Below are positions 18,615 through 27,982 of a stretch of 64,000 bases of DNA, piece after piece. The stretch's first letter is position 1. Each line of letters starts with the position of its first letter. This DNA comes from an uncultured Clostridium sp. (lineage in GTDB: Bacteria > Bacillota > Clostridia > TANB77 > CAG-508), in NCBI GenBank assembly GCA_946565805.1, contig CAMNWO010000007.1:7683-71682 (forward strand). The letters run 5' to 3'. The notes beneath the pieces were generated by a model that was given only the letters and a program-made list of their open reading frames with translations, did no database searches and was not told the DNA's origin. A program made the position numbers and the translations under genes.

Positions 18615-19550
18615 ATGATAATAAATTTAGGAATGAATTGGGAAAATTTTTATAAAGACAATATAATGTCTTATATTAAATCATTACAAGGAAATCCGTT
18701 TGAGTTAGTAACACTAATACTAGATTTAGCAATTGTAATGTTTTTGCTATATTGTTTTTTTAAAATTGTAAAAGGTTCTAGAGCATGGCAATTAATCAAA
18801 GGAATTGCACTTTTGATTATTGCTACTTGGGCAAGTGGATTGTTTAATTTAAAGATTTTAAATTGGATTTTAACAGGAATTATGAATTTAGGAGTTATTG
18901 CTATTATTGTTATTTTCCAACCAGAATTAAGAAGAGGGTTAGAACAATTAGGAACCAATAAATTAACCAAGTTTTTTGGAATTGATAAAGATGTATCAAC
19001 CAAAACCAAAGAAGATATTTATAAAATAGTAATAGCAGCAACAGAACTTTCCAAAGCAAAGACAGGAGCACTAATTGTAATTGAAAGAGATATCAAGATA
19101 CAAGATATCATTGCAACAGGAATTCCAATGAATGCAGAAGTATCGCCACAATTATTAGTTAATATTTTTGAGCCTAAAACACCGTTACATGATGGAGCAG
19201 TTGTTATATCTGGAAACAAAATAGCAGCATCAGCATGTGTGTTGCCATTGGCTGATGATAAAGATATTGCAAAAGAACTAGGAACAAGACATAGAGCAGC
19301 AATAGGAATATCAAAAGAATCAGATAGTATTGTAGTTATTGTATCAGAAGAGACTGGTAAAATGTCAGTAGCAAAAGATGGAACACTAATTGCAGATGTA
19401 AGAGAAGATGTTTTAAAGAAAATATTAATTAGTAATGTAGTAACAAAGAGATTTACAGCAGAAAGAAAAGAAAGAAAAGATACCATAAAAAAGATAAGAG
19501 AGAGCATGAAAAAAGAAAAGAAACAAGAAGAAAACCAAGAAAATAAATAA
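18615..19550 (+). CDS. cdaA: Diadenylate cyclase CdaA
   Basis: Three N-terminal TM helices plus DAC domain (TPLHDGAVVI, GTRHRAAIG, VSEETG). The start may be an internal ATG. Confidence 0.85.
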   Translation: MIINLGMNWENFYKDNIMSYIKSLQGNPFELVTLILDLAIVMFLLYCFFKIVKGSRAWQLIKGIALLIIATWASGLFNLKILNWILTGIMNLGVIAIIVIFQPELRRGLEQLGTNKLTKFFGIDKDVSTKTKEDIYKIVIAATELSKAKTGALIVIERDIKIQDIIATGIPMNAEVSPQLLVNIFEPKTPLHDGAVVISGNKIAASACVLPLADDKDIAKELGTRHRAAIGISKESDSIVVIVSEETGKMSVAKDGTLIADVREDVLKKILISNVVTKRFTAERKERKDTIKKIRESMKKEKKQEENQENK

Positions 19551-19620
19551 TATAAAAATACAAAAGTTTATTATATTTTTTCTTTAAAAATGTAATAAAC
19601 TTTTTAATATGGGTGATAAA

Positions 19621-20366
19621 ATGAGAAATATAAAATTAGTAATTGAGTATGATGGGAAAGAATTTAATCGGATGGCAGAAACAGCCCAATAAACTAAACA
19701 TACAAGGGACAATAGAAAAAGCAATTGAAAGAATAACAGGAGAAGAAGTAGAACTTTCTGCTTCAGGAAGAACTGACAGTGGAGTACATGCACTTCGGGC
19801 AAGTAGCAAATTTTAAAACCAATTCTAATATTCCAATTGAAAAATTTGCAATAGCAATTAATAGTAATTTAAAAAAATCTATTTTAATTAAATCAGCAGA
19901 AGAAGTAGAAGAACGATTTCATAGTAGATTATCTTGTAAAAGAAAAACCTATCGTTATGTGATTAACAATTCTAAAGTAGGAACTGCTATCTATCGAAAT
20001 CTCGAAACACATATTCCTAAGAAACTAGATGTAGAAAAAATGAAACAAGCGATTAGCTATTTTGAAGGAGAACATGATTTTAAAGCTTTTAAGGCAAGTG
20101 GTACTAGTTCAAAGAGTAGTGTACGAACTATATATAAAGCAGAGATTATCGAAAGACCAGATGAAAAGATCTGGATTGAATTAACCGGAAATGGATTTTT
20201 ATACAATATGGTAAGAATTATAGCAGGAACGCTAGTAGATGTGGGATTAGGAAACATATTACCAGAAGAAATCCCTCATATCATAAAAGACAAAGATAGG
20301 AAGAAAGCAGGAAAAACATTACAGCCACAGGGGTTATACTTGGTTAAAGTAGAATATGAAATGTAA
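19621..20366 (+). CDS. truA: tRNA pseudouridine(38-40) synthase TruA. Frame is broken at two in-frame CGG codons (C at 19669 and 19796).
   Basis: MRNIKLVIEYDGKEFN|GWQKQPNKLNIQGTIEKAIERITGEEVELSASGRTDSGVHAL|GQVANFKT..., with the catalytic GRTD present. ORF track shows only 19779-20366. Confidence 0.85.
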
Positions 20367-20433
20367 AATTATTATTTTAACAATAACAGCAAATTATGCA
20401 TAAAATATAGTAAAAATGAAAAGGAGAGAAGCC

Positions 20434-20943
20434 ATGAATATTTTACTTATATTTTTTGCACTACCAATTGCTGTTATTATCATTTCAATTGCTTTGCAAA
20501 GAATTTTAAAATGTCCTATTTTGGTTGCTGCCATTATTTTTGCAATCTTTTTGATTGTTACATTTATTGTAAATAACCTGAATTTCTTAATTGCTGCTAT
20601 TGCATACGCCATTCTTAGCTTTATTACGGCATACATAACTTGTATCATAAGAAAAATTTTAGATAGAATGGAAAGAGATTGTGATTGTGACTGTGATTGC
20701 GACTGTGGTTGTGGGCGTAGGCGTAGAAGAGAAAATGCATGCAACTGTATGGATTTTTGCAACAGCAATAATTTGTTAGCTACTAGCAATAGTGTAAATG
20801 AAACAAATAATTGTGGATGTAATCAAAATCGAGAAGGGTGTACGTATCAAATTACTAATGCAGATGGACTAAGTGCGAGAATTAATATTATTCCAAATTC
20901 TAATAATAACAATAATAATGGATGTGGATGTAGAAGAAGATGA
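20434..20943 (+). CDS. Membrane protein with a Cys-rich C-terminal tail including a (DC)n repeat
   Basis: Three TM helices, then ERDCDCDCDCDCGCGRRRRRENACNC...NNCGCNQNREGC...GCGCRRR. AAGGAG RBS lies ahead of ATG 20434. Confidence 0.6.
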   Translation: MNILLIFFALPIAVIIISIALQRILKCPILVAAIIFAIFLIVTFIVNNLNFLIAAIAYAILSFITAYITCIIRKILDRMERDCDCDCDCDCGCGRRRRRENACNCMDFCNSNNLLATSNSVNETNNCGCNQNREGCTYQITNADGLSARINIIPNSNNNNNNGCGCRRR

Positions 20944-21004
20944 TTAAAAATTGCCAGAAGGGAAGGTCTTTTTGGCAATTTTTTAATTTTTCTTTTGGCA
21001 TAAA

Positions 21005-21036
21005 TGAGACAAAAAAGTACTGTCCCCACTGTCTCA
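21005..21036. repeat. Solo TGAGACA..TGTCCCC..TGTCTCA unit (element D)
   Basis: tgagacaaaaaagtactgtccccactgtctca, almost identical to the right arm of element E. Confidence 0.75.
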
Positions 21037-21107
21037 AATTTGATGGAGTTGAAAAATTTTCCAATATGTGATATGATAGAAAAACGAAAGATAAAAGGAG
21101 AAAAAAG

Positions 21108-21956
21108 ATGGTAGAAATATTATTAGATGCTATCATAGATAGCATAAAATTAGTTCCATTTTTATTTATTACTTATTTGATTATGGAATATATTGAACAT
21201 AAAACTAAGGAAAAGACGAAAGAAGCAGTGAAGAAGTCAGGGAAGTATGGACCTTTTATAGGGAGCGTATTAGGGATATTTCCACAATGTGGTTTTTCTG
21301 TTTCAGCAACTAATTTATATGCGGCAAGAGTAATTACGTTAGGAACATTGATCGCTGTTTATTTGTCTACATCTGATGAAATGTTACCAATTTTTTTATC
21401 AGAGGCAGTACCAATTACAACAATATTGACCATATTAGGAATTAAATTAGTAGTTGGAATGATAGCAGGTTTTGTAATTGATTTTATAATGAGAAAGAGG
21501 CATAAGGAAGAAGAAGAAAAAATTATAGATTTATGTGAGAAAGAGCATTGCCATTGTGAACATGGAATCGTAAAATCAGCATTAAAGCATACATTAAATA
21601 TTTTCATATTTATTTTAGTAATTACCATTGTTATTAATATAGGGATTGAATTAATTGGAGAAGAACATATTTCTGGATTTTTACAAGGACAACCTATATT
21701 AGGACCAGTGATAGCAGGAGCTATTGGCTTGATACCAAATTGTGCTGCATCTGTTATTTTAACACAACTATATCTAGAAAATGTGATATCAGTTGCTACG
21801 ATGCTAGCTGGGCTATTAGTAGGTGCTGGTGTTGGATTAGCAGTTTTATTTAAGATGAATAAAGGGGTAAAGGAAAATATAAAGATAGTTGGATTGTTAT
21901 ATGCAATTGGAGTAATAACGGGAATTATAATTGAATTAATAGGGATTACTATTTAA
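21108..21956 (+). CDS. Putative metal-ion permease (ArsP_2 / putative manganese-exporter-like 10-TM family)
   Basis: 282-aa polytopic protein. FPQCGFSVSATNLY and IPNCAASV half-repeats. Cytoplasmic loop CEKEHCHCEHG. Confidence 0.55.
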   Translation: MVEILLDAIIDSIKLVPFLFITYLIMEYIEHKTKEKTKEAVKKSGKYGPFIGSVLGIFPQCGFSVSATNLYAARVITLGTLIAVYLSTSDEMLPIFLSEAVPITTILTILGIKLVVGMIAGFVIDFIMRKRHKEEEEKIIDLCEKEHCHCEHGIVKSALKHTLNIFIFILVITIVINIGIELIGEEHISGFLQGQPILGPVIAGAIGLIPNCAASVILTQLYLENVISVATMLAGLLVGAGVGLAVLFKMNKGVKENIKIVGLLYAIGVITGIIIELIGITI

Positions 21957-21976
21957 AAAATGATAAAGAATAAGAA

Positions 21977-22006
21977 AAAGTTCCGATTTTTTAAAATCGG
22001 AACTTT
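21977..22006. terminator. Bidirectional terminator between convergent genes
   Basis: aaagttccgatttt-tt-aaaatcggaacttt hairpin. Confidence 0.7.
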
Positions 22007-22014
22007 AATCTTTT

Positions 22015-24345
22015 TTATTGTTTATTAGGATTTCCCTTTTTTAGATTAACGATAATAGCATCTTCATTATCAAACAAATATTTAGAATCTGTTACATCTG
22101 TTTGAACTGGATTAAATTCATCCCTTTCATCTAGGAAGTTAATATTTTTTAAATTGAATTTTTTCCTATTATCATCTTCTTCAGTAGATGATGATACAAC
22201 ACTGTTTGAATATTTGCTAAAATCGTAAGTTCTTATTTTTTGTGGTTCTTTGTATTTTGAAGACAAGAATTCAAAATTTCCGCAACCAGCTTGTTGAGAA
22301 CCTTTATCGCCTTTAATTTTATAACCACATTTTCCTAAAGTTAGAGTTTGAAGTTTTCCCATTTTTAGGTTGTCAACATATTTCCATTCTACACCAGATA
22401 CCTTAGAATCATATTCTAATTTGTCCATAGACATACTACTAGAATATTTCCATTCTCTGTGAGTACCAAATTCTTTGGTCCACCATTCAATCTCATCATA
22501 TTCTGCATTTCCAGTAAAGATTTTATTAGCACAGTTTGATAAAATTAGATTTTTGTAATTTTCTTTTTGTCCATATATCTCTAATTGCGATAAGCTTTGA
22601 ATGGATATAGTTGGAGCTACTTTAAATTTTCTATATAAAGTAAACATTGGCTCTGTTGCTCTACAAATGAAATCTGCAAATTCATCAATATATAAGAAAT
22701 AAGGAATACGAGTTGCTTCATTTCCTGGTCTTCTTAGTACAGCATCTTGCATTGAGATTAAGTAGAATAGTCCAAATGCTTTATGACCAGTAGCACCTAA
22801 GTCACCACGTCTAGTACAAATAAAGGTTACTTTTCCATTTTTTAAGAAAGTGTCAAAGTTTATGTTATTGTGTCGATTACACAAAATCGGTTTAATACCT
22901 GGTATTCTTAATAAATTGTCTAATTGACTAACAGCTGTGTAGATATATTTCTCAATTTCTTGTTTTCCAGGAGCGTCATGATAAAAGTATTTCTTAAAGT
23001 AAGTAAGTTGAATAGCATATTTTTCTTTTAATTCTTCATCATGTGCCATAATTTCACACATTTTTTCAATTAATGCAAAGTTCGTAAATAATTTTAGTAA
23101 ATCTTCCATATTAGGAAGTGCACCTTCATTCATTCGAGGGTACATTTCTTTTAATAAAATAGTAACATTTTCAATGGCTTGTGTTGAAACATCCGCTTTG
23201 TAAGCTTCTTCTACGTCATTATGAGAAGTGAGATACATGGCTTTTAGTACAGAAGAGATGGTAATAGCAATTTTGGCTGGGTCATCGTAAGTAAAAGGGT
23301 TTAAACCAATAGAAGCATTGCTTGATGGATCAACCACATCATACTCAATACCAAAATTCTTACAAACTTCTATCATATGCTCAATTACTTCATTGTCTGG
23401 CGCCATTAGCGTAAGTCCTAAATCTCTGTAAACAGTTTCGCCATTGATAGTACCTAATATCATTTTCTTTAGATAAGTATTTAGTAGCCCTTCTTTTCCA
23501 GGTGCTGGTGTTAACATGTTTAAATTAAAGTTTTTATTTAAATAATCATTATTGTATGGTTTGTTTAAGGTAGCAATACCTGTTTTTAAAGCAGTAAAGC
23601 CTAATTCTTTAGCAGCTTCTTTAAAGAAGTATTTTCTTTCAATATCTTTTGCCATTAATGGTTCATAAATTAAAGAAGTTTTTCCCGTTCCAGAACCTCC
23701 ACAAACTAATAGAGATTGATATCTAGAACTTTCTGGCATAATAATTTTCTTATTATAATCATCATCGGTACAAACATATACTTCACAGGTATAAGGTCCA
23801 TGCCCTGCTTTTTTATCAGATAAATCAATTCCTCTAAAGTCCCAAACAGAACGTACTTTTAAAGGATTGTCATTAATGCCAAAGTAAAGCCATTTGAAAA
23901 ATGGGTATATAGTAACTAGTGGGAAATATAAAGCAATACTAATAAAAGCAGGTGTAACTAATTCAGAAAATTCTGTAATGATTTCTGTATAGTTAGGGAT
24001 GGATAGTAAAAATAGCCATGCTCCCATATTAACCCATTGTGCAATCATAGAAATTGCAATTACGTAAAAGGCAATTAAGAATATATAAAATAGTTTAACT
24101 TTATAGGCCTTATTCTTTGAAAATTTTGATTTTGGGGCAAAGGCAAAGGCGAAGCAAGGGCAAGCCAAAGCTAAAGTGTATTGAATAGGTCCCCAATAAG
24201 AATAAGAAACACCAGTAAATATCATAAGTAACATTTCTGCAATTCGATCCACTACAAGATAAATGGTAATGAGTGTTAAGATATAGGTTGCAAAGGTGTT
24301 TCGATTAGTATTTAATTTTTTCAAAAATTTATCTATATATTTCAT
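22015..24345 (-). CDS. Membrane-anchored P-loop ATPase, TraG/TraD/VirD4 (type IV coupling protein)-like
   Basis: 776 aa. Multiple N-terminal TM helices. Walker A LLVCGGSGTGKTS and Walker B-like YFLYIDEFADF. No other conjugation genes are nearby. Confidence 0.55.
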   Translation of the reverse strand: MKYIDKFLKKLNTNRNTFATYILTLITIYLVVDRIAEMLLMIFTGVSYSYWGPIQYTLALACPCFAFAFAPKSKFSKNKAYKVKLFYIFLIAFYVIAISMIAQWVNMGAWLFLLSIPNYTEIITEFSELVTPAFISIALYFPLVTIYPFFKWLYFGINDNPLKVRSVWDFRGIDLSDKKAGHGPYTCEVYVCTDDDYNKKIIMPESSRYQSLLVCGGSGTGKTSLIYEPLMAKDIERKYFFKEAAKELGFTALKTGIATLNKPYNNDYLNKNFNLNMLTPAPGKEGLLNTYLKKMILGTINGETVYRDLGLTLMAPDNEVIEHMIEVCKNFGIEYDVVDPSSNASIGLNPFTYDDPAKIAITISSVLKAMYLTSHNDVEEAYKADVSTQAIENVTILLKEMYPRMNEGALPNMEDLLKLFTNFALIEKMCEIMAHDEELKEKYAIQLTYFKKYFYHDAPGKQEIEKYIYTAVSQLDNLLRIPGIKPILCNRHNNINFDTFLKNGKVTFICTRRGDLGATGHKAFGLFYLISMQDAVLRRPGNEATRIPYFLYIDEFADFICRATEPMFTLYRKFKVAPTISIQSLSQLEIYGQKENYKNLILSNCANKIFTGNAEYDEIEWWTKEFGTHREWKYSSSMSMDKLEYDSKVSGVEWKYVDNLKMGKLQTLTLGKCGYKIKGDKGSQQAGCGNFEFLSSKYKEPQKIRTYDFSKYSNSVVSSSTEEDDNRKKFNLKNINFLDERDEFNPVQTDVTDSKYLFDNEDAIIVNLKKGNPNKQ

Positions 24346-24548
24346 CTAAGAAAATCCCTTTCTAAATTATAATCATACACTTATATTATCCTATAAAATC
24401 CCGAAAAAAACAAGTATTTTAGGGAAATTAATTGAATTTTTAGCTTATAATTCATTTTATTTGATTTTAAGACTAAAAGAGAAAAGGGAGAATAAAAAAA
24501 TAGAAAATGAATATAATAATGGAAAAGATTAGTAAAAGGGGAAAGTTT

Positions 24549-24836
24549 ATGACAAACGATTATTATATAAGAGAACAAAAAATAATAGAAAAAACAGAGA
24601 TAGAAAAGGAATTGGATTTAATTAAAACAATTATAAGAACAAGGGAAGATTTAAAGATTGCTAACCGTAATTTTGAATATGCAAAAGATGACTTGGTAGA
24701 TTATTATACGTATGAAATTAAAGCGAATCAAGCAAAATTAGATTATTTGATTAAACTGGCCAAAGCAAAAGGAATAGAAGTAGATATGATTCATGACTTG
24801 AAACTTTCATTATGGGATGAGGAAGAAGCTGGTTAA
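24549..24836 (+). CDS. YaaL-like (DUF2508) protein
   Basis: Short helical protein (IANRNFEYAKDDLVDYYTYEIKANQAKLDYLIKLAK) immediately upstream of bofA, as in Bacillus yaaL-bofA. The ORF is open from 24507. Confidence 0.55.
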   Translation: MTNDYYIREQKIIEKTEIEKELDLIKTIIRTREDLKIANRNFEYAKDDLVDYYTYEIKANQAKLDYLIKLAKAKGIEVDMIHDLKLSLWDEEEAG

Positions 24837-24914
24837 AGTAATATTTGTCCAATGCTTAACATAGAAATGGTAATAAGAAATTATTACTGTTTTTTTGTTG
24901 GGAGTTGAACTGAT

Positions 24915-25176
24915 ATGGATACAAATTTACTTACTTATTTAGCATGTATTTGCTTTATTTTTATATTTGGAAGAATTTTTATTTTGCCACTTAAAAAAAT
25001 ATTAAAATTAATTTTTAATTCTATTTTAGGTGGAATTTCAATTTTTTTGATTAACTTGATAGGAGGTGCTTTTGGATTTCACATTGGTTTGAATTTTTTT
25101 ACAAGTATTTTAATACGGCTTATTAGGCTTACCAGGAGCAGTTTGTTTAATTGTTGTAAAATTACTAATTGGGTAA
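24915..25176 (+). CDS. bofA: Pro-sigmaK processing inhibitor BofA. Frame is broken at an in-frame CGG (C at 25116).
   Basis: ...NSILGGISIFLINLIGGAFGFHIGLNFFTSILI|GLLGLPGAVCLIVVKLLIG*. The +1 continuation gives the canonical BofA C-terminus. The unshifted frame gives an unrelated tail ending at 25214. Confidence 0.8.
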
Positions 25177-25250
25177 TATTTGAAATTTTTGTAAATCTAT
25201 GTTATAATAGATAAAATTCAGTAAAAGCTGTAAGAAGAAAGGAGAAGGAA

Positions 25251-25583
25251 ATGACATTAGTACTTATTAACGACGATCCAATTAAACGGCAGGAATATGA
25301 GGTATCAGTACGTGAACTAGGAGATACGTGCATTTCATTTGGGGCGTTAGAGCCGGCGTGGGATTACTTAAAAACACATCAGGTAGATGCCATTCTGACA
25401 GGAATGGGGTATCCTTACCGAGAAGGCGACCCAGATTCTTTTGAAAGTAATGCAGGAGATATCTTGTTGATTTTGTTGAAAAGTCATAAAAAGGAGATTC
25501 TTGTGTGGGGGACTTCAAAAGGAGAAGTATTCAACAAAGGTATCAATTATCCTTTTTATCAAGGATACATGGATATTGGATAA
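25251..25583 (+). CDS. Hypothetical protein (G+C-richer islet)
   Basis: 110-aa ORF with GGAG RBS and no recognised motif. Uses CGG as Arg once. Confidence 0.4.
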   Translation: MTLVLINDDPIKRQEYEVSVRELGDTCISFGALEPAWDYLKTHQVDAILTGMGYPYREGDPDSFESNAGDILLILLKSHKKEILVWGTSKGEVFNKGINYPFYQGYMDIG

Positions 25584-25644
25584 ACTTTCAAAGGAAATTG
25601 CCTCAAAAAAAGACTACAGTAAATAATGTAGTCTTTTTTCTTTT

Positions 25645-27483
25645 TTATTCAACAGTTACAGATTTTGCAAGATTTCTAGGTTTATCAACATCTAATCCTT
25701 TTTCCTTTGAAATATAGTAAGCAAATAATTGCAAAGGAATAATGGATAAGATTGGAGAAATGAAAGAATTTGTTTTTGGAATTCGAATAACCAAATCAAA
25801 CATTTTCTCATCAATATCTTGGTTTGTGATGACTAAAGTTTTAGCACCACGAGTGACAACTTCTTGAATATTGCTAACTGTTTTTTCAACCAGATTACTA
25901 TCTGTCATAATACTTATAACTGTGATATCATTTTCAATCAAAGCAATTGGTCCATGCTTTAATTCACCAGCTGGGTAGCTCTCTGAGTGAATATAAGAAA
26001 TTTCTTTCAATTTTAAAGAACCTTCTTTGGCAACAGCTTCATCAATCCCTCTACCTAAGAAGAAAATATCTTTTTCTTGATAAGCTTTTTTTGAAAAATT
26101 ATGAATATTTTCAGATAACTTTAAAGTTTCTTCAATTTTTGCAGGTAGTTCCATAATGTCCTTTTTTAAAGTAGAAAGCATAGTACTATTCATGTCTAAT
26201 ACTTCTGCAAAATAAACGGCTAAAATGGTGATTAGCATAACTTGAGAAGTATAGGCTTTTGTAGAAGCAACTGCTATTTCAGGACCTGCATGAGTGTAGA
26301 TAGAGTAATCAGCTTCTCTGGTAATAGAACTTCCAATTACGTTACTAATAGCAAGTGTTTTAGCTCCTTTTGCTTTACAAAGTTTTAAAGCAGCAATAGT
26401 GTCTGCTGTTTCACCAGACTGTGAAATGAAAATACATAATGTTTTTTCATCTACTAATGGGTCTCTATATCTAAATTCAGAAGCAACATCTACTTCTGTT
26501 GTTATTTTACAAAGTTTTTCAATGGCATTTTTTCCAGCAATTCCAGCATGCATAGCAGTACCACAAGCTACAATATAAATTTTATGAATATTACTTAAAT
26601 ATTCTTTTGTGAAATTTAATTCTTCAAATTCACATTTAGCTGTTTCATTAAATTTGGCACCAATTGTTTCACGAATAGCTGTTGGTTGTTCATAAATTTC
26701 TTTTAACATGAAATCTTCATAACCGTCTTTTTCAGCACTAGAAGCATTCCATTCAATCACTGTAGTTTCTTTTGGTGTTGGTTTTAGTTCTTGATTATAA
26801 AAAGATACATTGTCTCTTGTTAAAACAGCAAATTCTAAGTCATCTAATAAATAGAAGTTTCTAGTAAAAGAAAGAATTGCTGGGATATCAGAAGAAATAT
26901 AATTTTCATTTTCTCCTTTTCCAATTACAAGAGGGCTATCTTTTCTAGTAACAATCATATTATCAGGATAGTCTTTGCAAACAATTTCAATGGCATAACT
27001 TCCTTTTAATTCTTGACAAGCACTTTTAACAGCACGCAAGAATTTTAAATCATCTGTATTTTTATCTTTATTATAATAGTAATGAACTAAGTTTGGGATA
27101 ACTTCTGTATCAGTTTGAGAATAGAAAGTATATCCATTATCCATTAAAAATTTTCTTAATTCATTATAATTTTCAATAATTCCGTTATGAACTACACTAA
27201 AAGTTTTGCTATTGTCCATATGAGGGTGAGAGTTTTCTTTGGCTGGTTTTCCATGAGTCGCCCATCTTGTATGAGCAATACCAATCGTACCAGTTAAATC
27301 ATTAATTCCTTCTAAATTATATAAATTTTTTACTCTTCCTTTGTCTTTCATAATAGAAAGTCCATTACTTTCAATGGTTGAAATACCAGCAGAGTCATAT
27401 CCTCTGTATTCCAAACGAATTAGCCCATTAATCAGAATTGGGCTTGCTTTTTGGTTTCCTATGTAACCTACAATTCCACACAT
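25645..27483 (-). CDS. glmS: Glutamine-fructose-6-phosphate aminotransferase
   Basis: MCGIVGY N-terminal nucleophile, two SIS domains, 612 aa, C-terminus ...AKSVTVE. Confidence 0.92.
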   Translation of the reverse strand: MCGIVGYIGNQKASPILINGLIRLEYRGYDSAGISTIESNGLSIMKDKGRVKNLYNLEGINDLTGTIGIAHTRWATHGKPAKENSHPHMDNSKTFSVVHNGIIENYNELRKFLMDNGYTFYSQTDTEVIPNLVHYYYNKDKNTDDLKFLRAVKSACQELKGSYAIEIVCKDYPDNMIVTRKDSPLVIGKGENENYISSDIPAILSFTRNFYLLDDLEFAVLTRDNVSFYNQELKPTPKETTVIEWNASSAEKDGYEDFMLKEIYEQPTAIRETIGAKFNETAKCEFEELNFTKEYLSNIHKIYIVACGTAMHAGIAGKNAIEKLCKITTEVDVASEFRYRDPLVDEKTLCIFISQSGETADTIAALKLCKAKGAKTLAISNVIGSSITREADYSIYTHAGPEIAVASTKAYTSQVMLITILAVYFAEVLDMNSTMLSTLKKDIMELPAKIEETLKLSENIHNFSKKAYQEKDIFFLGRGIDEAVAKEGSLKLKEISYIHSESYPAGELKHGPIALIENDITVISIMTDSNLVEKTVSNIQEVVTRGAKTLVITNQDIDEKMFDLVIRIPKTNSFISPILSIIPLQLFAYYISKEKGLDVDKPRNLAKSVTVE

Positions 27484-27499
27484 TTTTAAATCCTCCTAA

Positions 27500-27686
27500 A
27501 AATTAATATTGGAATTGAAAGTATGCAAATAAAAGCTTAAATCGTTTCAACTTTGTTACAATATTACTACTGTTTTTTTATATGAAACGTATGACCTTAA
27601 GCAAAGCCACTAGAGCATCCGCCGAAAAATTCGATAACCCTAGACCTCGTCAACACTTCGTATCATTATAAGTGTTCTGGCGCTAA
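27500..27686 (-). ncRNA. glmS ribozyme/riboswitch in the glmS leader
   Basis: The minus strand reads AGCGCCAGAAC-(P1 hairpin cactt..aagtg)-TTGACGAGG...GTTATCGAATTTTTCGGCGGATGC, matching the conserved glmS ribozyme core. It lies about 200 nt upstream of the glmS ATG. Confidence 0.8.
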
Positions 27687-27847
27687 ATCAATAAAGTAAA
27701 TATCCTCCTTTCTGTTTCAAAATCTTTTGCATTTCTTCCAATTTACTTTATTATATTACACTAAAAAATAAAAAGAGGCAAGTCCTGATGAAATATTTTG
27801 TAAATTATTGAATAAAAAGATAATTTGATATATAATTGAAACAAGAA

Positions 27848-27953
27848 TGAGACAGTGGGGACAGTACTTTTATGTCTCATTTAAAGTCAATAAAGTATTA
27901 GTAATAATAAAAATAGCTAAATGAGACATAAAAGTACTGTCCCCACTGTCTCA
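27848..27953. repeat. Palindromic intergenic element E (two inverted units, D-type subfamily)
   Basis: tgagacagtggggacagtacttttatgtctca ... tgagacataaaagtactgtccccactgtctca. Confidence 0.85.
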
Positions 27954-27982
27954 CTCCTTAAAATTAAAGAGGGAGGAAAATA

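Noticed and set aside
25505-25717. A 70-aa plus-strand ORF overlapping the 3' end of glmS, and a 78-aa minus-strand ORF at 25282-25518
   Set aside because: Both overlap better-supported genes (glmS and ORF 25251-25583) and have no RBS or recognisable features.
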